A stretch of DNA of 64,000 nt from Syntrophales bacterium (GCA_963662405.2 CAXXKT010000003.1:96001-160000); one strand, 5' to 3'. Positions 1-10,288 are shown, counted from the stretch's first letter. Program-made: numbers and translations. Notes: generated by a model from the sequence alone, not told the origin.

Positions 1-415
1 AAGAGGTGATTACGTCGAACGTGTCGATCATGCCGTTGACCGTTCCAAACAATCCCAACAACGGTGCCGCTGCCGCGAGGGCGGTCAGGACTTCCAGCGA
101 GTACCACAGACGGTTTCTTTGAAGCAGTGCGTAATGGTCCAGGATATGCCGGTCCAGTTTTGTCTCACCCCGGATATGGAGAACAAACGCCCGCAGCATC
201 GGTGTGCACAAATTGGTGGCCATGACGGACGGGAGGTGGTGCTTGTTCAGTTCCACCTGGATATCTTTTGTGTCGGCGCCGATCTTTCCCAGACGATGGA
301 AAAAAACGAGCCGTTCGATAATCAATCCCCATGCCAGAAGAGAAACGATAATGATAAACACCATAACCGGACCGCCTGCCCGGAGGTATGCTATCGAGGT
401 GTATACTACTTCCAT
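1..415 (-). CDS. MotA/TolQ/ExbB proton channel family protein (3' end runs off the window)
   Basis: Not in ORF track; read manually: MEVVYTSIAYLRAGGPVMVFIIIVSLLAWGLIIER...LTALAAAAPLLGLFGTVNGMIDTFDVI, the ExbB PLLGLxGTVxGMI motif. Confidence 0.85.
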   Translation of the reverse strand, partial: MEVVYTSIAYLRAGGPVMVFIIIVSLLAWGLIIERLVFFHRLGKIGADTKDIQVELNKHHLPSVMATNLCTPMLRAFVLHIRGETKLDRHILDHYALLQRNRLWYSLEVLTALAAAAPLLGLFGTVNGMIDTFDVITS

Positions 416-463
416 GTCGTATGTTTCTTCACTTTCTACCGGTTCATTCCCATGAACCTTTTC

Positions 464-1903
464 TTAGCTGGCGATTACCCGGGAAGGCTGCGGATCGGCT
501 TGCCCATTGATGGTGCTTTCTCTGCAGATAATGTTGCTCAGAGTCAGCGCCTTCTCCTCCATGTCTCCCGCGATATGCTCAATTCTACGTCGCAGAAACG
601 CATGCGCCAGCATCACGGGAATGGCCACGGCAAGCCCCAGCATCGTGGTTATAAGCGCTTCTGAAATCCCGCCTGCCATCAAACGGGGATTGCCTGTTCC
701 ATAGAGACTGATGACTTGAAAGGTCGTAATCATACCGGTCACCGTTCCGAGCAATCCCAGGAGCGGCGAAACGGCCGCCATCACACTCAGGAGGGGGAGG
801 AACCGTTCCAGGCGCGGCAACTCTTTGAGAATCGCCTCATTGAGTATGTTCTCAAGGGTCTCACGGGATTTATGAATTGCCCCGAGACCGGCTTTCAGGA
901 CATTTGAGACGGGGCTGTCTTTCTCCTTTGAAAGGATCCTGTGACAGCGTTCCCATTCTTCCTGAATGGCCATCTTGTTGACCCGTCCCATAAGGCGATC
1001 GGTGTTTGCATGCACTTTATGCAGGAAGATCAGACGCTCGCAGATCAGGAGAAAGGCGACCACTCCGATGGCCAGTATCGGCCAGATCAGGATGCCACCT
1101 TTCTTAAGCTTTGTCAGAAACGTGGAATGCTGTGCCACATGTTCCAACGCCGGGCCGATCGACGGATCAATGTAGACCGTATCGGACTCGCCGGTTATAT
1201 ACCGTTGTATTCCATGTCGCATCCGCCAAGGGAGTTGACCTCCCAGTGCGACAAATCGCCGATTTGTTTTGTCATACCGCAAGAAACCGACGTCACCGCC
1301 GTCCTGGTACACCGTGCAAAACGGGCCGACGGTCAGTATGCTCCCTGTCCTTTCAACCCCGTCCCGGCCGACGAAGGTACCCTCAAACCGTTCCACTTCC
1401 CCGGTCAGCCTCATTTCTTCAAAGAAGAGGTCGGCGAGGGCCTTTATGTCATCAATTCCGGGAAACCGGTGAGGATCCATGATCGATTCCAATGTACCCA
1501 GACGCTCCGGCCAGCGAGCGGTGAACTGGGAACGCTCAAGAATCGCATGCAGATCCCGGGAGACCTGGTGCACGACAGCGGCATACTCGTCAATCTGTTC
1601 CTGTTTTTCGCTTCGACGAAGGGTGAGCTCCTCTTCGTTCTGAATCAGGAGCGACAACTCCTTTTCTTTGTGGTTTACCCGATCCTGCAGTTCTTGTACC
1701 CGCGATTGCATATCCGAGATGGCCTGCTGCAGGGCGGTCTGATCCTGAAGTATCTGTTCTCGACGGAGCTTGGCTTCCGAAAGGGCGGCTTCATAAGCTG
1801 CCTGTGCCTTTTGGGATGCGGCCCGCATATCCATTGCCGATCCGGTGCCGGCACGGAACACGATCGTGCCGAAGATGATACAGAATACGATGGCTCGTCT
1901 CAT
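464..1903 (-). CDS. MotA/TolQ/ExbB family protein with long periplasmic coiled-coil N-terminus
   Basis: SPLLGLLGTVTGMITTF and GGISEALITTMLGLAVAIP motifs; signal peptide then coiled coil. Confidence 0.9.
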   Translation of the reverse strand: MRRAIVFCIIFGTIVFRAGTGSAMDMRAASQKAQAAYEAALSEAKLRREQILQDQTALQQAISDMQSRVQELQDRVNHKEKELSLLIQNEEELTLRRSEKQEQIDEYAAVVHQVSRDLHAILERSQFTARWPERLGTLESIMDPHRFPGIDDIKALADLFFEEMRLTGEVERFEGTFVGRDGVERTGSILTVGPFCTVYQDGGDVGFLRYDKTNRRFVALGGQLPWRMRHGIQRYITGESDTVYIDPSIGPALEHVAQHSTFLTKLKKGGILIWPILAIGVVAFLLICERLIFLHKVHANTDRLMGRVNKMAIQEEWERCHRILSKEKDSPVSNVLKAGLGAIHKSRETLENILNEAILKELPRLERFLPLLSVMAAVSPLLGLLGTVTGMITTFQVISLYGTGNPRLMAGGISEALITTMLGLAVAIPVMLAHAFLRRRIEHIAGDMEEKALTLSNIICRESTINGQADPQPSRVIAS

Positions 1904-2712
1904 GGGATCGCAATCCTTCCCAGGGGGAGCGAAACCGTTTCTAAGGGGTGCCGATGCAGGGCCATTTCAAAGACCTGATTAATATCTCTGCCATACCGGG
2001 TGGGAAGTGGTCCCCACCGTTCAGTCGCCCGGTTATACCACCCGATGCGTTCGCCATCCGGAGCCTTGTAGAAGAGTGATAGTCGACCAATATTCACCAC
2101 ATCCGCCGCGATAATCGTGCCGGACGTGTTGATGATCTGTGCTGATACCAGAAGATCACGGCCATATTTTGTTTCTACCTGTAACGCCTCAAGGGTACGA
2201 CGGCACTTCTCGGCCAGGGACGTGTCCAAACGGGGTAACAGGTTATTCAATTCCTTCACGCGACGCTGGCGTTCCACCGTACAAAAGGGCAGATCGTTTG
2301 CCACGAAGGAGGAAAGTCGTTCGCTGATTGTTTCCAGAGTGCATTGCATTTCCTCCTGCACCCGTTTCATCTCGATAATCGAGCGTTTCTTTTCTGCCAT
2401 CGTCTTTCGATGCACCTTCAAGTCATTCGTGAGGATCGTGTCGCGGTTTTCAAGCTGTTCGATCATGTCCTCCAGCATCTGGTATCGTTCCCTCAATCTG
2501 GCCCGCTGGCCCGCCCACCGGTTTTCCGATTTCTGGATCTCTCTGTGGACATTGATTTCCTTGACGATCGTTTCATGAACATCCAATGGATGCTCGGCAG
2601 CCCCGGTACAGATCGGTAAAAACAATAGGAAGACAATAATGCCGAAGCCTGAAGCCGCCGCGGTTTTCCCATCAATACCCATAAAATTCCCCAGTTCTTT
2701 TCGTATCATCAT
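1900..2712 (-). CDS. DUF3450 family protein
   Basis: Coiled coil followed by DLPF...ER, SLAEK.R..LEALQVETKYG, IGRLSLFY; overlaps the ExbB start; start codon uncertain (2712 or 2682). Confidence 0.8.
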   Translation of the reverse strand: MMIRKELGNFMGIDGKTAAASGFGIIVFLLFLPICTGAAEHPLDVHETIVKEINVHREIQKSENRWAGQRARLRERYQMLEDMIEQLENRDTILTNDLKVHRKTMAEKKRSIIEMKRVQEEMQCTLETISERLSSFVANDLPFCTVERQRRVKELNNLLPRLDTSLAEKCRRTLEALQVETKYGRDLLVSAQIINTSGTIIAADVVNIGRLSLFYKAPDGERIGWYNRATERWGPLPTRYGRDINQVFEMALHRHPLETVSLPLGRIAIP

Positions 2713-2909
2713 TTGCAAATCCCCTGTGGCGGGATGAAAGATTTCACGGAATCCGGTTTCTTCTCCCCGGTGAGTCAGCACTGGTTTGATTGCCACCGCA
2801 CGGACCACATCGAACCGGCCCCGGTGGCTATCGGGTTATGGGCCAACCTCGATGTCCCGGCAGAACCACGGACCCCCACCAAGCCGCAGAGATCATCCGT
2901 TCCTCTTGT

Positions 2910-2993
2910 CTATACGACGAACGCCACCAATGCGTTTATTATCATGGCTGATATACTGCCGATGAATACCACCCATTCGATTGAATCAAGCAT
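2910..2993 (-). CDS. Putative 27-aa single-TM small protein MLDSIEWVVFIGSISAMIINALVAFVV
   Basis: Purine-rich RBS (GGAGAGGAAAGGA) 7 nt before ATG; hydrophobic; below ORF-track cutoff. Confidence 0.45.
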   Translation of the reverse strand: MLDSIEWVVFIGSISAMIINALVAFVV

Positions 2994-3050
2994 GACGTTA
3001 TCCTTTCCTCTCCAGGGGTAGGGAGTTGAACGTCACCATATCCTCGGAAA

Positions 3051-3070
3051 AAGTTTTGTCCGCCTAACTT
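3051..3070. promoter_or_regulatory. Candidate DtxR-family operator AAGTTTTGTCCGCCTAACTT
   Basis: 20-bp imperfect palindrome with the same AAGTT...AACTT frame as the box upstream of the regulator (11342-11361). Confidence 0.45.
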
Positions 3071-3083
3071 GCATGTGAAAAAA

Positions 3084-3326
3084 TTAATCGGTTAATATAT
3101 ATGTTTCGCCATACGATCCCCTGATGCTGCACCGGCAACCCAGGACCCTTCTCATGGGCGCGCTGTCCTCATGCCGTTGTTTCAGTTCCACTCGCAGCCT
3201 GCCGAGACTGACAAGGGTATCCAGCGCCTCTTTCACCCGTTTCCTGTCGGCCTGCAGCTTGAAGGCCAATTCAAGGACGTTGAATCGATTCTTTTCCCTG
3301 AATACTTCCAATATCTTATCCGCCAT
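3084..3326 (-). CDS. FeoC-like winged-helix small protein
   Basis: 80 aa, HTH-like N-terminus, C-terminal CxC, GGAGG RBS, feo context. Confidence 0.55.
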   Translation of the reverse strand: MADKILEVFREKNRFNVLELAFKLQADRKRVKEALDTLVSLGRLRVELKQRHEDSAPMRRVLGCRCSIRGSYGETYILTD

Positions 3327-3390
3327 AACGTACCTCCCGGTCCCGGGGAGTCGAGAAAACCGCTTCCCGATCCCGCTTAATCGTGTGTGA

Positions 3391-4707
3391 TCATGTAACG
3401 GCAACCGTATCGCTTGCTCCCTCTGGCCGGGCAACAACCCGCATCAACGATTGCGTGATGCTGGTCAGACTCGAGTTCGGGAGCATCCAATAGGGTTTCT
3501 CTCTCTTTTTACAGATCTTTTTGACGCTCAAACAGGCGTTGTGACTGTTGACGTCAACAGGACACAACACGACGTCCGACTGTCTGACCTTTTCTTCCAG
3601 CACGTTTTCGCCGCCACGCATATACCCGTCGTGATAGGCGAATACCCCCCCCTTGTGTTCAATGAGGTCGCGGTAGAGGTTCTTCATCTTTGTGATGCCG
3701 CCGACGATGAGGATTCTCTTTTTGCACAGATCGAAGGCGGGACAACTCTCATCGCACTCCTGATAGATGGCGAAGAACTGTTGAATGGTGTCATGAAATT
3801 CCCGTGTCAGATGATCGTTTTTCTCCCTCAGGTCAAACGCTTCCAGTTGCATCGTGTCCCGTTCATCTTCCAGGGAGGCGATCGACGCCTCGCCGGTCTT
3901 TACCCGTTCTTCGCTGTTCACCAACTGTTCACGGAGCGAGGCGTTCTCAGCCGCAAGCCGTTCGATTTGTGCACGTGAGGAATCACCCGTCAGCTGCGCG
4001 GTTAAATCGCTGCTTTCGAGAATTGCGGCGCGGTACTTGTTTTCCATGATCGTGAGGTTCTTCTCAAGGACGTACAGGTTCTTCATCATCTCTTTCCTAG
4101 TCTTTTTTTCTCTCCTCAACGTATCCTTCAACTGGGTGTTTTCTTCTTTGATCCTGACAGCTTCCTGCAAAGAACTCCTGATCTCGCCCCCATTGATGTG
4201 GGAGAGCATGTGCACGTCACCGAACAGTCGGGCCAGCATGGCATCGGAAAAGTGCTTGTTGGTCACGGCCACCCAGTACAGTCCGCAGATCTTCCCCTCT
4301 GCGAGCCTTTTGTTCCAGATCGGCAGGAATACCCGTTCATCACAGCCCGAGAATTCTCGTATTTCCTCGCGATATTTGTGATTCAGGAGGGTATTCATCC
4401 GCCGTGAGATACGGTTTTCACTCTTGGCCTGTGAAATCATTACACAGTGTATCTCATAAGGGGTGTACCGCCCGGGGTCACACTTCTCCTTGGCCAGGAT
4501 CTTTTTCTGCTCGGAGAGTGTCAGACAGGTCCCGATGGTTGCGCAGTAGTAAAAGTCATTGATCTGCCAGATCGCTCTCCTCTTTTCCTGTCGTCGGAGC
4601 ATTATATCCATCGGATCATTCCCGACGGGCGGCACCGTGACGCCGGCGGTATTCATGATCTTTGGGCCGTTCATCCTGTCATGTGTGTATGTTTCCATCG
4701 GATTCAT
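3391..4707 (-). CDS. DUF2325 domain-containing protein
   Basis: CATIGTCL N-terminal motif, HMLSH, coiled coil, C-terminal ILIVGG...HDG...CPVDVNSHNAC. Confidence 0.8.
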   Translation of the reverse strand: MNPMETYTHDRMNGPKIMNTAGVTVPPVGNDPMDIMLRRQEKRRAIWQINDFYYCATIGTCLTLSEQKKILAKEKCDPGRYTPYEIHCVMISQAKSENRISRRMNTLLNHKYREEIREFSGCDERVFLPIWNKRLAEGKICGLYWVAVTNKHFSDAMLARLFGDVHMLSHINGGEIRSSLQEAVRIKEENTQLKDTLRREKKTRKEMMKNLYVLEKNLTIMENKYRAAILESSDLTAQLTGDSSRAQIERLAAENASLREQLVNSEERVKTGEASIASLEDERDTMQLEAFDLREKNDHLTREFHDTIQQFFAIYQECDESCPAFDLCKKRILIVGGITKMKNLYRDLIEHKGGVFAYHDGYMRGGENVLEEKVRQSDVVLCPVDVNSHNACLSVKKICKKREKPYWMLPNSSLTSITQSLMRVVARPEGASDTVAVT

Positions 4708-4909
4708 CTCCTCCCGATCGGTTCCCGACTGAAGGGCACGTGCATGTACCGTACCGTTTCACAGTATGGTGAGATCAGGATTGCTGCCGTTCCCGTATGG
4801 GCAGTCAGGACGCGGCAAGAAAGCGCCAGTAATGATTTGATCTTTGTGTCATCGAAAACCGATCATCTCCTTGCCTGAAGTCCTGTACTGCCAATTCATC
4901 TCCCATTAA

Positions 4910-6046
4910 TCAGAACTCGAATGCCAGTTTGGCGAACACTTCATCCACAGCGTCCTGCACGCTGCTTCCACTCTCTTTTTCGTAGTTGCTCCTGCGATAC
5001 TCGACCATGAGCGTCGCGACGAAGGGATCACGTTCGAAGAGGGTATAATTGGCACCCACGGAGTACCGGTTTTCCAGGTGTTCATCCTGATCGCCGTCCA
5101 TGTCGTCATCGAATGCCTCGTAGCGCACCGCTATCTCCAGAGGATCCAAGGCCTGGCAGGCGACTGCGGCAAACCATGCGGATTCTTCATGCTCCTTGCC
5201 GGTCGCCGCGTTCTTTTCTCTGCTGAGCGCCGCGATATATTCGGCATCAAAGGTCAGGATGCCGACCTGATATTCGAGTGAAGCCCCCGCCGTTTCGTTC
5301 CGATCACCCTGTCCCGGCTCCGAGTCGAAGGAGGCGCTGAGGCTCAACCCCTCGATGGGTGCGAGCGAGACATTGAAGATATAGGAACCGACATCGTCCG
5401 TCGGGTCGGGGTTGGGGGCCCGTTCCCAGCCGTATCCCGCTTCCGATACCCTGTCGGCAAGGACCTCTCCCTTGTACACCGTGGCCGATATGTCGAACCC
5501 CCAGAGATCGGGCGTGAAGCCGATGGTTGCCCCTGTCTTGGCGATTTCATAACAATCCTGCGTGATGGGGTCGTTGATGAGATGGCTGTTGAAGACGCCG
5601 AAGGGCTGTCCCCTCTTCCCGCCGACGAAGTACAGCGGGAATGCCTCGTTCTGTATGGTGATCGTCACCTCGTCCCAGAACACCCGGTCGTCATCGCCGT
5701 CGAGGGCCTCCCCTTTGAGAATAAAGGTGCCGGTGACCCACTCGTGGAATTGGACCTCGGCACCCAGCTCGGCCGTTCCGATATCGAGATCCGATGTAGA
5801 ATCACTGTCCCGGGCGGTCATGTCGCTCGGGTCGGTATAAGAATAATCCAGCTCGATGGCGCCGCTGAAGGTGATATGATCGTCCAGCGTCTCCAGCAGC
5901 CCCGCTCCCGCCTGTTTCTGTGCGTCTATCTTCTCTTCCAGTTCTTCAATCCGATCATACAGGTCCTCTATATCCGCATCGCCTGCGTATGCGCCAGGGG
6001 TGATTATGAACATGAGGATGAATGCCGCGATAAGTAGTCTTTTCAT
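4910..6046 (-). CDS. Outer-membrane porin, LbtU-like
   Basis: Signal peptide, short coiled coil, alternating beta-strand pattern, C-terminal Phe (LAFEF). Confidence 0.75.
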   Translation of the reverse strand: MKRLLIAAFILMFIITPGAYAGDADIEDLYDRIEELEEKIDAQKQAGAGLLETLDDHITFSGAIELDYSYTDPSDMTARDSDSTSDLDIGTAELGAEVQFHEWVTGTFILKGEALDGDDDRVFWDEVTITIQNEAFPLYFVGGKRGQPFGVFNSHLINDPITQDCYEIAKTGATIGFTPDLWGFDISATVYKGEVLADRVSEAGYGWERAPNPDPTDDVGSYIFNVSLAPIEGLSLSASFDSEPGQGDRNETAGASLEYQVGILTFDAEYIAALSREKNAATGKEHEESAWFAAVACQALDPLEIAVRYEAFDDDMDGDQDEHLENRYSVGANYTLFERDPFVATLMVEYRRSNYEKESGSSVQDAVDEVFAKLAFEF

Positions 6047-6113
6047 GTAGTTGTGCTCCTCTTTTCGATTGTTCCCATTGACATTCCGGAAAAATCGTCC
6101 TATGAAATAGAAA

Positions 6114-6214
6114 GCCCGTGAAGGCGCAACTCCCCACCGGGAGGTGCTGCCTTCGAAGGTCCGTGGAGGGTCAGCAAGGGGGGGGGCGCCAAACCGTTTC
6201 CCCCTTGCTGACCC
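6114..6214 (-). terminator. Two tandem GC-rich hairpins between DUF4198 and porin genes
   Basis: GGGTCAGCAAGGGGG...CCCCCTTGCTGACCC (6168-6214) and GAAGGC..CTCCC/GGGAG..GCCTTC (6120-6154). Confidence 0.5.
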
Positions 6215-6224
6215 TTCTTCATTA

Positions 6225-7043
6225 TTACATGTCGAGCGCCTGGACCCAGATAACGGCATCCTGTGAAAGCTCCTTGCCGTTGTGTGTCAGATCTCCGCCG
6301 GCGCCCAGGGCGGCGAATCCCCACCATCCCGCCTTCGGGATACCGAACACGAAGACGCCGTCGTTATCCGCCTTGATGGTCTGGGTGATCATGGCGTCAT
6401 GGGGCGCCTCGACCGCAGCCTTTTTCGCGAAGGCGTTTCCCACCACCGCGTGGTTCAGGTATTCCACCTCGATCTCGGCGCCGGGGACCGGTTTCCCGTG
6501 GCAGGTCACCACACCCCGAAAGACATTACCGACCCACAGGGCGTACGGCTTGTCGAGCGGGATGATCTCGACGGGGAGCGGATCGCCCACCGGGCTGTCC
6601 CAGTCCGTCGGTGCACCGGCCACGTTGAGGATCACCTTGGTGCAGTGCTGGATGTAGATATCCTCCGACCCCTCATAGTAGGGGGCGGGGACGAAATAGT
6701 AGACATAATCTCCCATTCCCCGGAGGCGTACATCGGCCTCGTAGGCCTTTCCCTCGTTTGTCAGGCTGGTGAAGGTGATCGGCTTCAGGGTATTGAGCAG
6801 ATCCTTTTTCTTTTCCTTGTGCACCACACCGAAGGCGACCGGAGAGTGAATCTCTCCCTTTTCGTCCTTCCCCATATCCATGGTGTGACCCGCCTCAAAA
6901 GGGTGCGTAAACACCAGCTTGAGGGTCAGTTTTTTCGAGGCCGGGACGCTGTCGGGGGCGTAAATCATCTGGAAGTGTGCCCCTGCCGGGGCACTTAGCG
7001 CGAACACCAGCAGTGCGGATAATCCTAGTATGATCTTTTTCAT
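6225..7043 (-). CDS. DUF4198 domain periplasmic protein (Co/Ni uptake-associated family)
   Basis: Signal peptide ending A-H, FTHPFE, PYYEGSEDIYIQH, GWWGFAAL. Confidence 0.85.
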   Translation of the reverse strand: MKKIILGLSALLVFALSAPAGAHFQMIYAPDSVPASKKLTLKLVFTHPFEAGHTMDMGKDEKGEIHSPVAFGVVHKEKKKDLLNTLKPITFTSLTNEGKAYEADVRLRGMGDYVYYFVPAPYYEGSEDIYIQHCTKVILNVAGAPTDWDSPVGDPLPVEIIPLDKPYALWVGNVFRGVVTCHGKPVPGAEIEVEYLNHAVVGNAFAKKAAVEAPHDAMITQTIKADNDGVFVFGIPKAGWWGFAALGAGGDLTHNGKELSQDAVIWVQALDM

Positions 7044-7067
7044 CTTCTTCTCCTTATTGTTGTATTT

Positions 7068-7391
7068 TCATTCGGTAATATCTTCGCCCTTGACCTCGAC
7101 GGCATGGCCGGGTCCCGCGTCGAAGATCACGGTATAGGAACCCGAGGGTTTATCAAAAGTGAACTCACTGCAGTCGTCCATCTTTCCCTTTGTGAGCTCC
7201 GTCCCGTTTGCATCATTCACCGTCATGCTGACGCCGGCCCCCGACGAACCGTCGGAAAACCCGCCCTCGCAGGTTACCGTTCCGTCTCCGTTGTCATAAC
7301 AGGAACAGAGGGGCGTGTGCGCCTGTGCGGCCGTAACCAGAAACGCCATCATCACGACTATTCCACACGAACAGATAATCCATCGCTTCAT
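7068..7391 (-). CDS. Small secreted protein, CbiL/NikL-like
   Basis: Signal peptide then HTPLCSC...CEGGFSDGS...FDAGPGH. Confidence 0.65.
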   Translation of the reverse strand: MKRWIICSCGIVVMMAFLVTAAQAHTPLCSCYDNGDGTVTCEGGFSDGSSGAGVSMTVNDANGTELTKGKMDDCSEFTFDKPSGSYTVIFDAGPGHAVEVKGEDITE

Positions 7392-7501
7392 CTTTTCACC
7401 TCCCTTCTCTTTGCTTTTTGTTTTTGTACCCCCTGTCACGATTCGCGGTGAAGCGCGAGGGGAATGGAACACGTTGAAAAACAAACACCATGTGTGAAAT
7501 A

Positions 7502-9334
7502 TTACGCATATTCATCCAACTCATCCCTGTTCTTGATAAAACCGAGGGCAACGGTAACGGCAAGGGCGCACACATAAAAGAGAGCCATTGCCTGCAACCC
7601 GCTGAGACCCAGGAGGCTCCCGCCGGTAAAGACGGCGGTGGCGGCCAGAGAGCCCAGAACAATGGGATAGACCGTTGCGAAGAGGGCCCACTTCGTACTC
7701 CCCGATTCCAGCCTCACCATGAGAAGGGTGGGGATGCAGGGGGGGTACATGGTCATGAAGAGTATCAGCGCCAGGGCATGGAGGGGGGTCCACCCCTTCT
7801 CCTTTTCCTTCATCCGGTCTTCGAGGGCCTTTTCTCCCTCTCCCAGGTCCGCCTGGTAGATGCTTCCCAGGGTCGCCACACTGTTCTCCTTGGCGGCGAA
7901 GGCGCTAATGAGGGCGATATTGACGCGCCAGTTGAAGCCCGCGTATTGAGTCACGGGCTCCATGGCGCGACCCACACGGCCCATGGCGCTGCCGATAATC
8001 GTCTCGTCCTTGATGTCCCGCCGGATACCGCTCCGTTCCCGGTGCAGGCTCTTGTATGCCGTGTTGACCTTCAGGGCGTCCCCGTCTTTGACGTTTGTGC
8101 CGCCCTCCGTGTACCTGCCCCGTTTGACGATCTTGAAGAAGTCATCATTTCGTGCCCGGAATTTCTCGTCCACGACCGCCTTCTTATCCGCACCTGTGGC
8201 GCCCATCTTCGCCTGTTTGTAGTCGTCATAGTAGTTGGCGAAGGCGACCAACCCCGACCCGGCGAGAAGCTTCGCATAGGGGTTCGTGTCCCCGATTTTT
8301 TTGAAGAAGGACGCGATATGTCGGTCTGCCTGCTCACCGAAATAGGCCTCCCGGTCCGCACCGATTCCGGGAAAGGTCATGAGGAGATAGATAATCAGGA
8401 CCACGATCATGACGATGGTGATGATCTTCTTGACGAAAAGCCAGGTCCGTTCCAGACAGCGGCGCAGGACCCCCTGCACCGTGGGCAGGTGATAGGCCGG
8501 CATCTCCAGGACAAAGGGGGCCGTTTCCACCCCCCTGAGCAGGGTCATGTTCAGGATCTTCGCTACGGCGAGTGCCGTAATAATGGTGATCGTGGAGATG
8601 AAAAACATGACAATCCCCTTGTGGGCGGCAAAGAACATCCCCACCAGGAGGATGTAGAGAGGGATCTTGGCCATGCAGTTCATGAGCGGACAGATCAGCA
8701 TGGTCGCCAGCTTCGCCTTTTCGTCCTTGATGATACGGCAGGCCATGACCCCCGGGATCGCGCACCCCCCGACGAAGATGCCGCTCAGTATCATGGGGAG
8801 GGCGGATTGCCCGTGGAGACCGAAATACCGGAAGATACGATCAAGGAGAAACGATACCCGGGCCATATACCCCGAGTCTTCCATAATCGCGATGAGGGCG
8901 AACAAGATCAGGAAGATGGGGATATAATTGAAGACCGCCATGATTCCGTCGATGACCCCCAGCGGTATGGTCCTGAGGAGGGGATCGAAGACAAATCCCG
9001 GGGAGGGGAGGGCGGATGCGATCAGATCCCTCGCAGCGGCAAGGAGGGGCCAGGTATACGCGGTGATCTTGTATCCTTGGACGATCGCGAGTTCATAGAA
9101 GAGATAGATGACCATGAGGAGGATCACCGGTCCGAAGAATCGGTGACAAACAACCTGGTCGATCCGGTCGGTAACCGTCCGGTGCATCTCCTTCTCCCTC
9201 CTGACGGTGAGCCCTATAATCTTTTCAGCGGTTTCGTAACGCCTGAGCGCAACGATCTTTTCCGGTTTTGTCTTATGCCCTGAAGAAAACTGTTCCCGCG
9301 CGGTTTCGGCGTGGGTGAGAATATCCATTGCCAT
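7502..9334 (-). CDS. feoB: Ferrous iron transporter B, membrane (C-terminal) part
   Basis: EDSGYMARVSFLLD, GGCAIPGVMACR, FVLEMPAYHLP, AAKENSVATL, YPPC motifs; no GTPase domain. Confidence 0.9.
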   Translation of the reverse strand: MAMDILTHAETAREQFSSGHKTKPEKIVALRRYETAEKIIGLTVRREKEMHRTVTDRIDQVVCHRFFGPVILLMVIYLFYELAIVQGYKITAYTWPLLAAARDLIASALPSPGFVFDPLLRTIPLGVIDGIMAVFNYIPIFLILFALIAIMEDSGYMARVSFLLDRIFRYFGLHGQSALPMILSGIFVGGCAIPGVMACRIIKDEKAKLATMLICPLMNCMAKIPLYILLVGMFFAAHKGIVMFFISTITIITALAVAKILNMTLLRGVETAPFVLEMPAYHLPTVQGVLRRCLERTWLFVKKIITIVMIVVLIIYLLMTFPGIGADREAYFGEQADRHIASFFKKIGDTNPYAKLLAGSGLVAFANYYDDYKQAKMGATGADKKAVVDEKFRARNDDFFKIVKRGRYTEGGTNVKDGDALKVNTAYKSLHRERSGIRRDIKDETIIGSAMGRVGRAMEPVTQYAGFNWRVNIALISAFAAKENSVATLGSIYQADLGEGEKALEDRMKEKEKGWTPLHALALILFMTMYPPCIPTLLMVRLESGSTKWALFATVYPIVLGSLAATAVFTGGSLLGLSGLQAMALFYVCALAVTVALGFIKNRDELDEYA

Positions 9335-9335
9335 G

Positions 9336-10067
9336 CTACTCTTCCTCAACTTTCCGAACGAGGCTGCGCGCCTCGCTGTCGTTCTCCATCAGTTTTACCG
9401 CCAGCCATCGGGCCGGATACCGGGAAGAGATATGCTGATCTTCCCGGATCCTCTTCTCCAGAGGGGCGAGGAGTGATTCCATATCCTTTCCGTAATCGAT
9501 CCGAAAGGACCCGTCTTTCTGCGGGACCCCCGCGCAGGGGCCGCAGCCCACACATCCCCTGCCTTGATGACCATCCCGGTACGTGTTCAGGATCGCCTCC
9601 TTGATCTCCGCGCCGCCTCTGCTCTTCTTCCCCACGGTGGGGATGACCGGAACGCACAGCAACTCGCTCAGTTTTCGTGTGTCGATGGCGAGGCCGCGGT
9701 CCTTCGCCACATCCATCATGTTCAGGGCGACCACCAGGGGAATCCCCATCTCCCCGAGTTGAAAGGTCAGATAGAGGTTGCGCTCCAGATTCGCGGCATC
9801 CACGATGTTGAGGACGACGGCGGGTCGTTCGTGGAGGAGAAAATCGCGGGCGACCTTTTCCTCCTGGCTGTACGAGGTCAGGCTGTAGGTGCCCGGAAGA
9901 TCGACCAGCACCACCGTATCCCCCTGGTAGGCATAGCGCCCGATCTTTTTTTCCACGGTCACACCGGGATAGTTGGCCACATGCTGACGCGCGCCGGTCA
10001 GCATATTGAAGATCGTTGATTTGCCGGAATTGGGCTGGCCGGCCACCGCCACGGTTATCTCGCTCAT
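9336..10067 (-). CDS. feoB: FeoB N-terminal GTPase domain as a separate ORF
   Basis: GQPNSGKS, NYPGVTVE, DLPGTYSL, LNMMD; ends at TAG one base before the next ATG. Confidence 0.9.
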   Translation of the reverse strand: MSEITVAVAGQPNSGKSTIFNMLTGARQHVANYPGVTVEKKIGRYAYQGDTVVLVDLPGTYSLTSYSQEEKVARDFLLHERPAVVLNIVDAANLERNLYLTFQLGEMGIPLVVALNMMDVAKDRGLAIDTRKLSELLCVPVIPTVGKKSRGGAEIKEAILNTYRDGHQGRGCVGCGPCAGVPQKDGSFRIDYGKDMESLLAPLEKRIREDQHISSRYPARWLAVKLMENDSEARSLVRKVEEE

Positions 10068-10288
10068 GGTTTTTTCACCTCCACACCCCTGGCCTCGCTG
10101 TGCCGGATACTGACATGATATCCCCGCAACTGAAGGTCGACGGGATCAACCAGGGGGGCGTTGCACACAACCTTCACCGTGGTTCCCGGCATGAACCCCA
10201 TATCCATCAGGCGCTGTCCCGTCGCGCCGTCCACATGCACATCCACGATGCGGCATTCATCCCCGGGTTTCATATCGTCCAATGTCAT
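10064..10288 (-). CDS. feoA: Ferrous iron transport protein A
   Basis: RLMDMGFMPG...APLVDP...LRGY; overlaps feoB start. Confidence 0.92.
   Translation of the reverse strand: MTLDDMKPGDECRIVDVHVDGATGQRLMDMGFMPGTTVKVVCNAPLVDPVDLQLRGYHVSIRHSEARGVEVKKP

Noticed and set aside
7490..9283. Long antisense ORFs (597 aa here; also 941-1978, 15769-16965, 24992-25993, 58135-59553, 61149-62306)
   Set aside because: Shadow frames opposite well-supported genes, typical of GC-rich DNA, with no recognisable motifs
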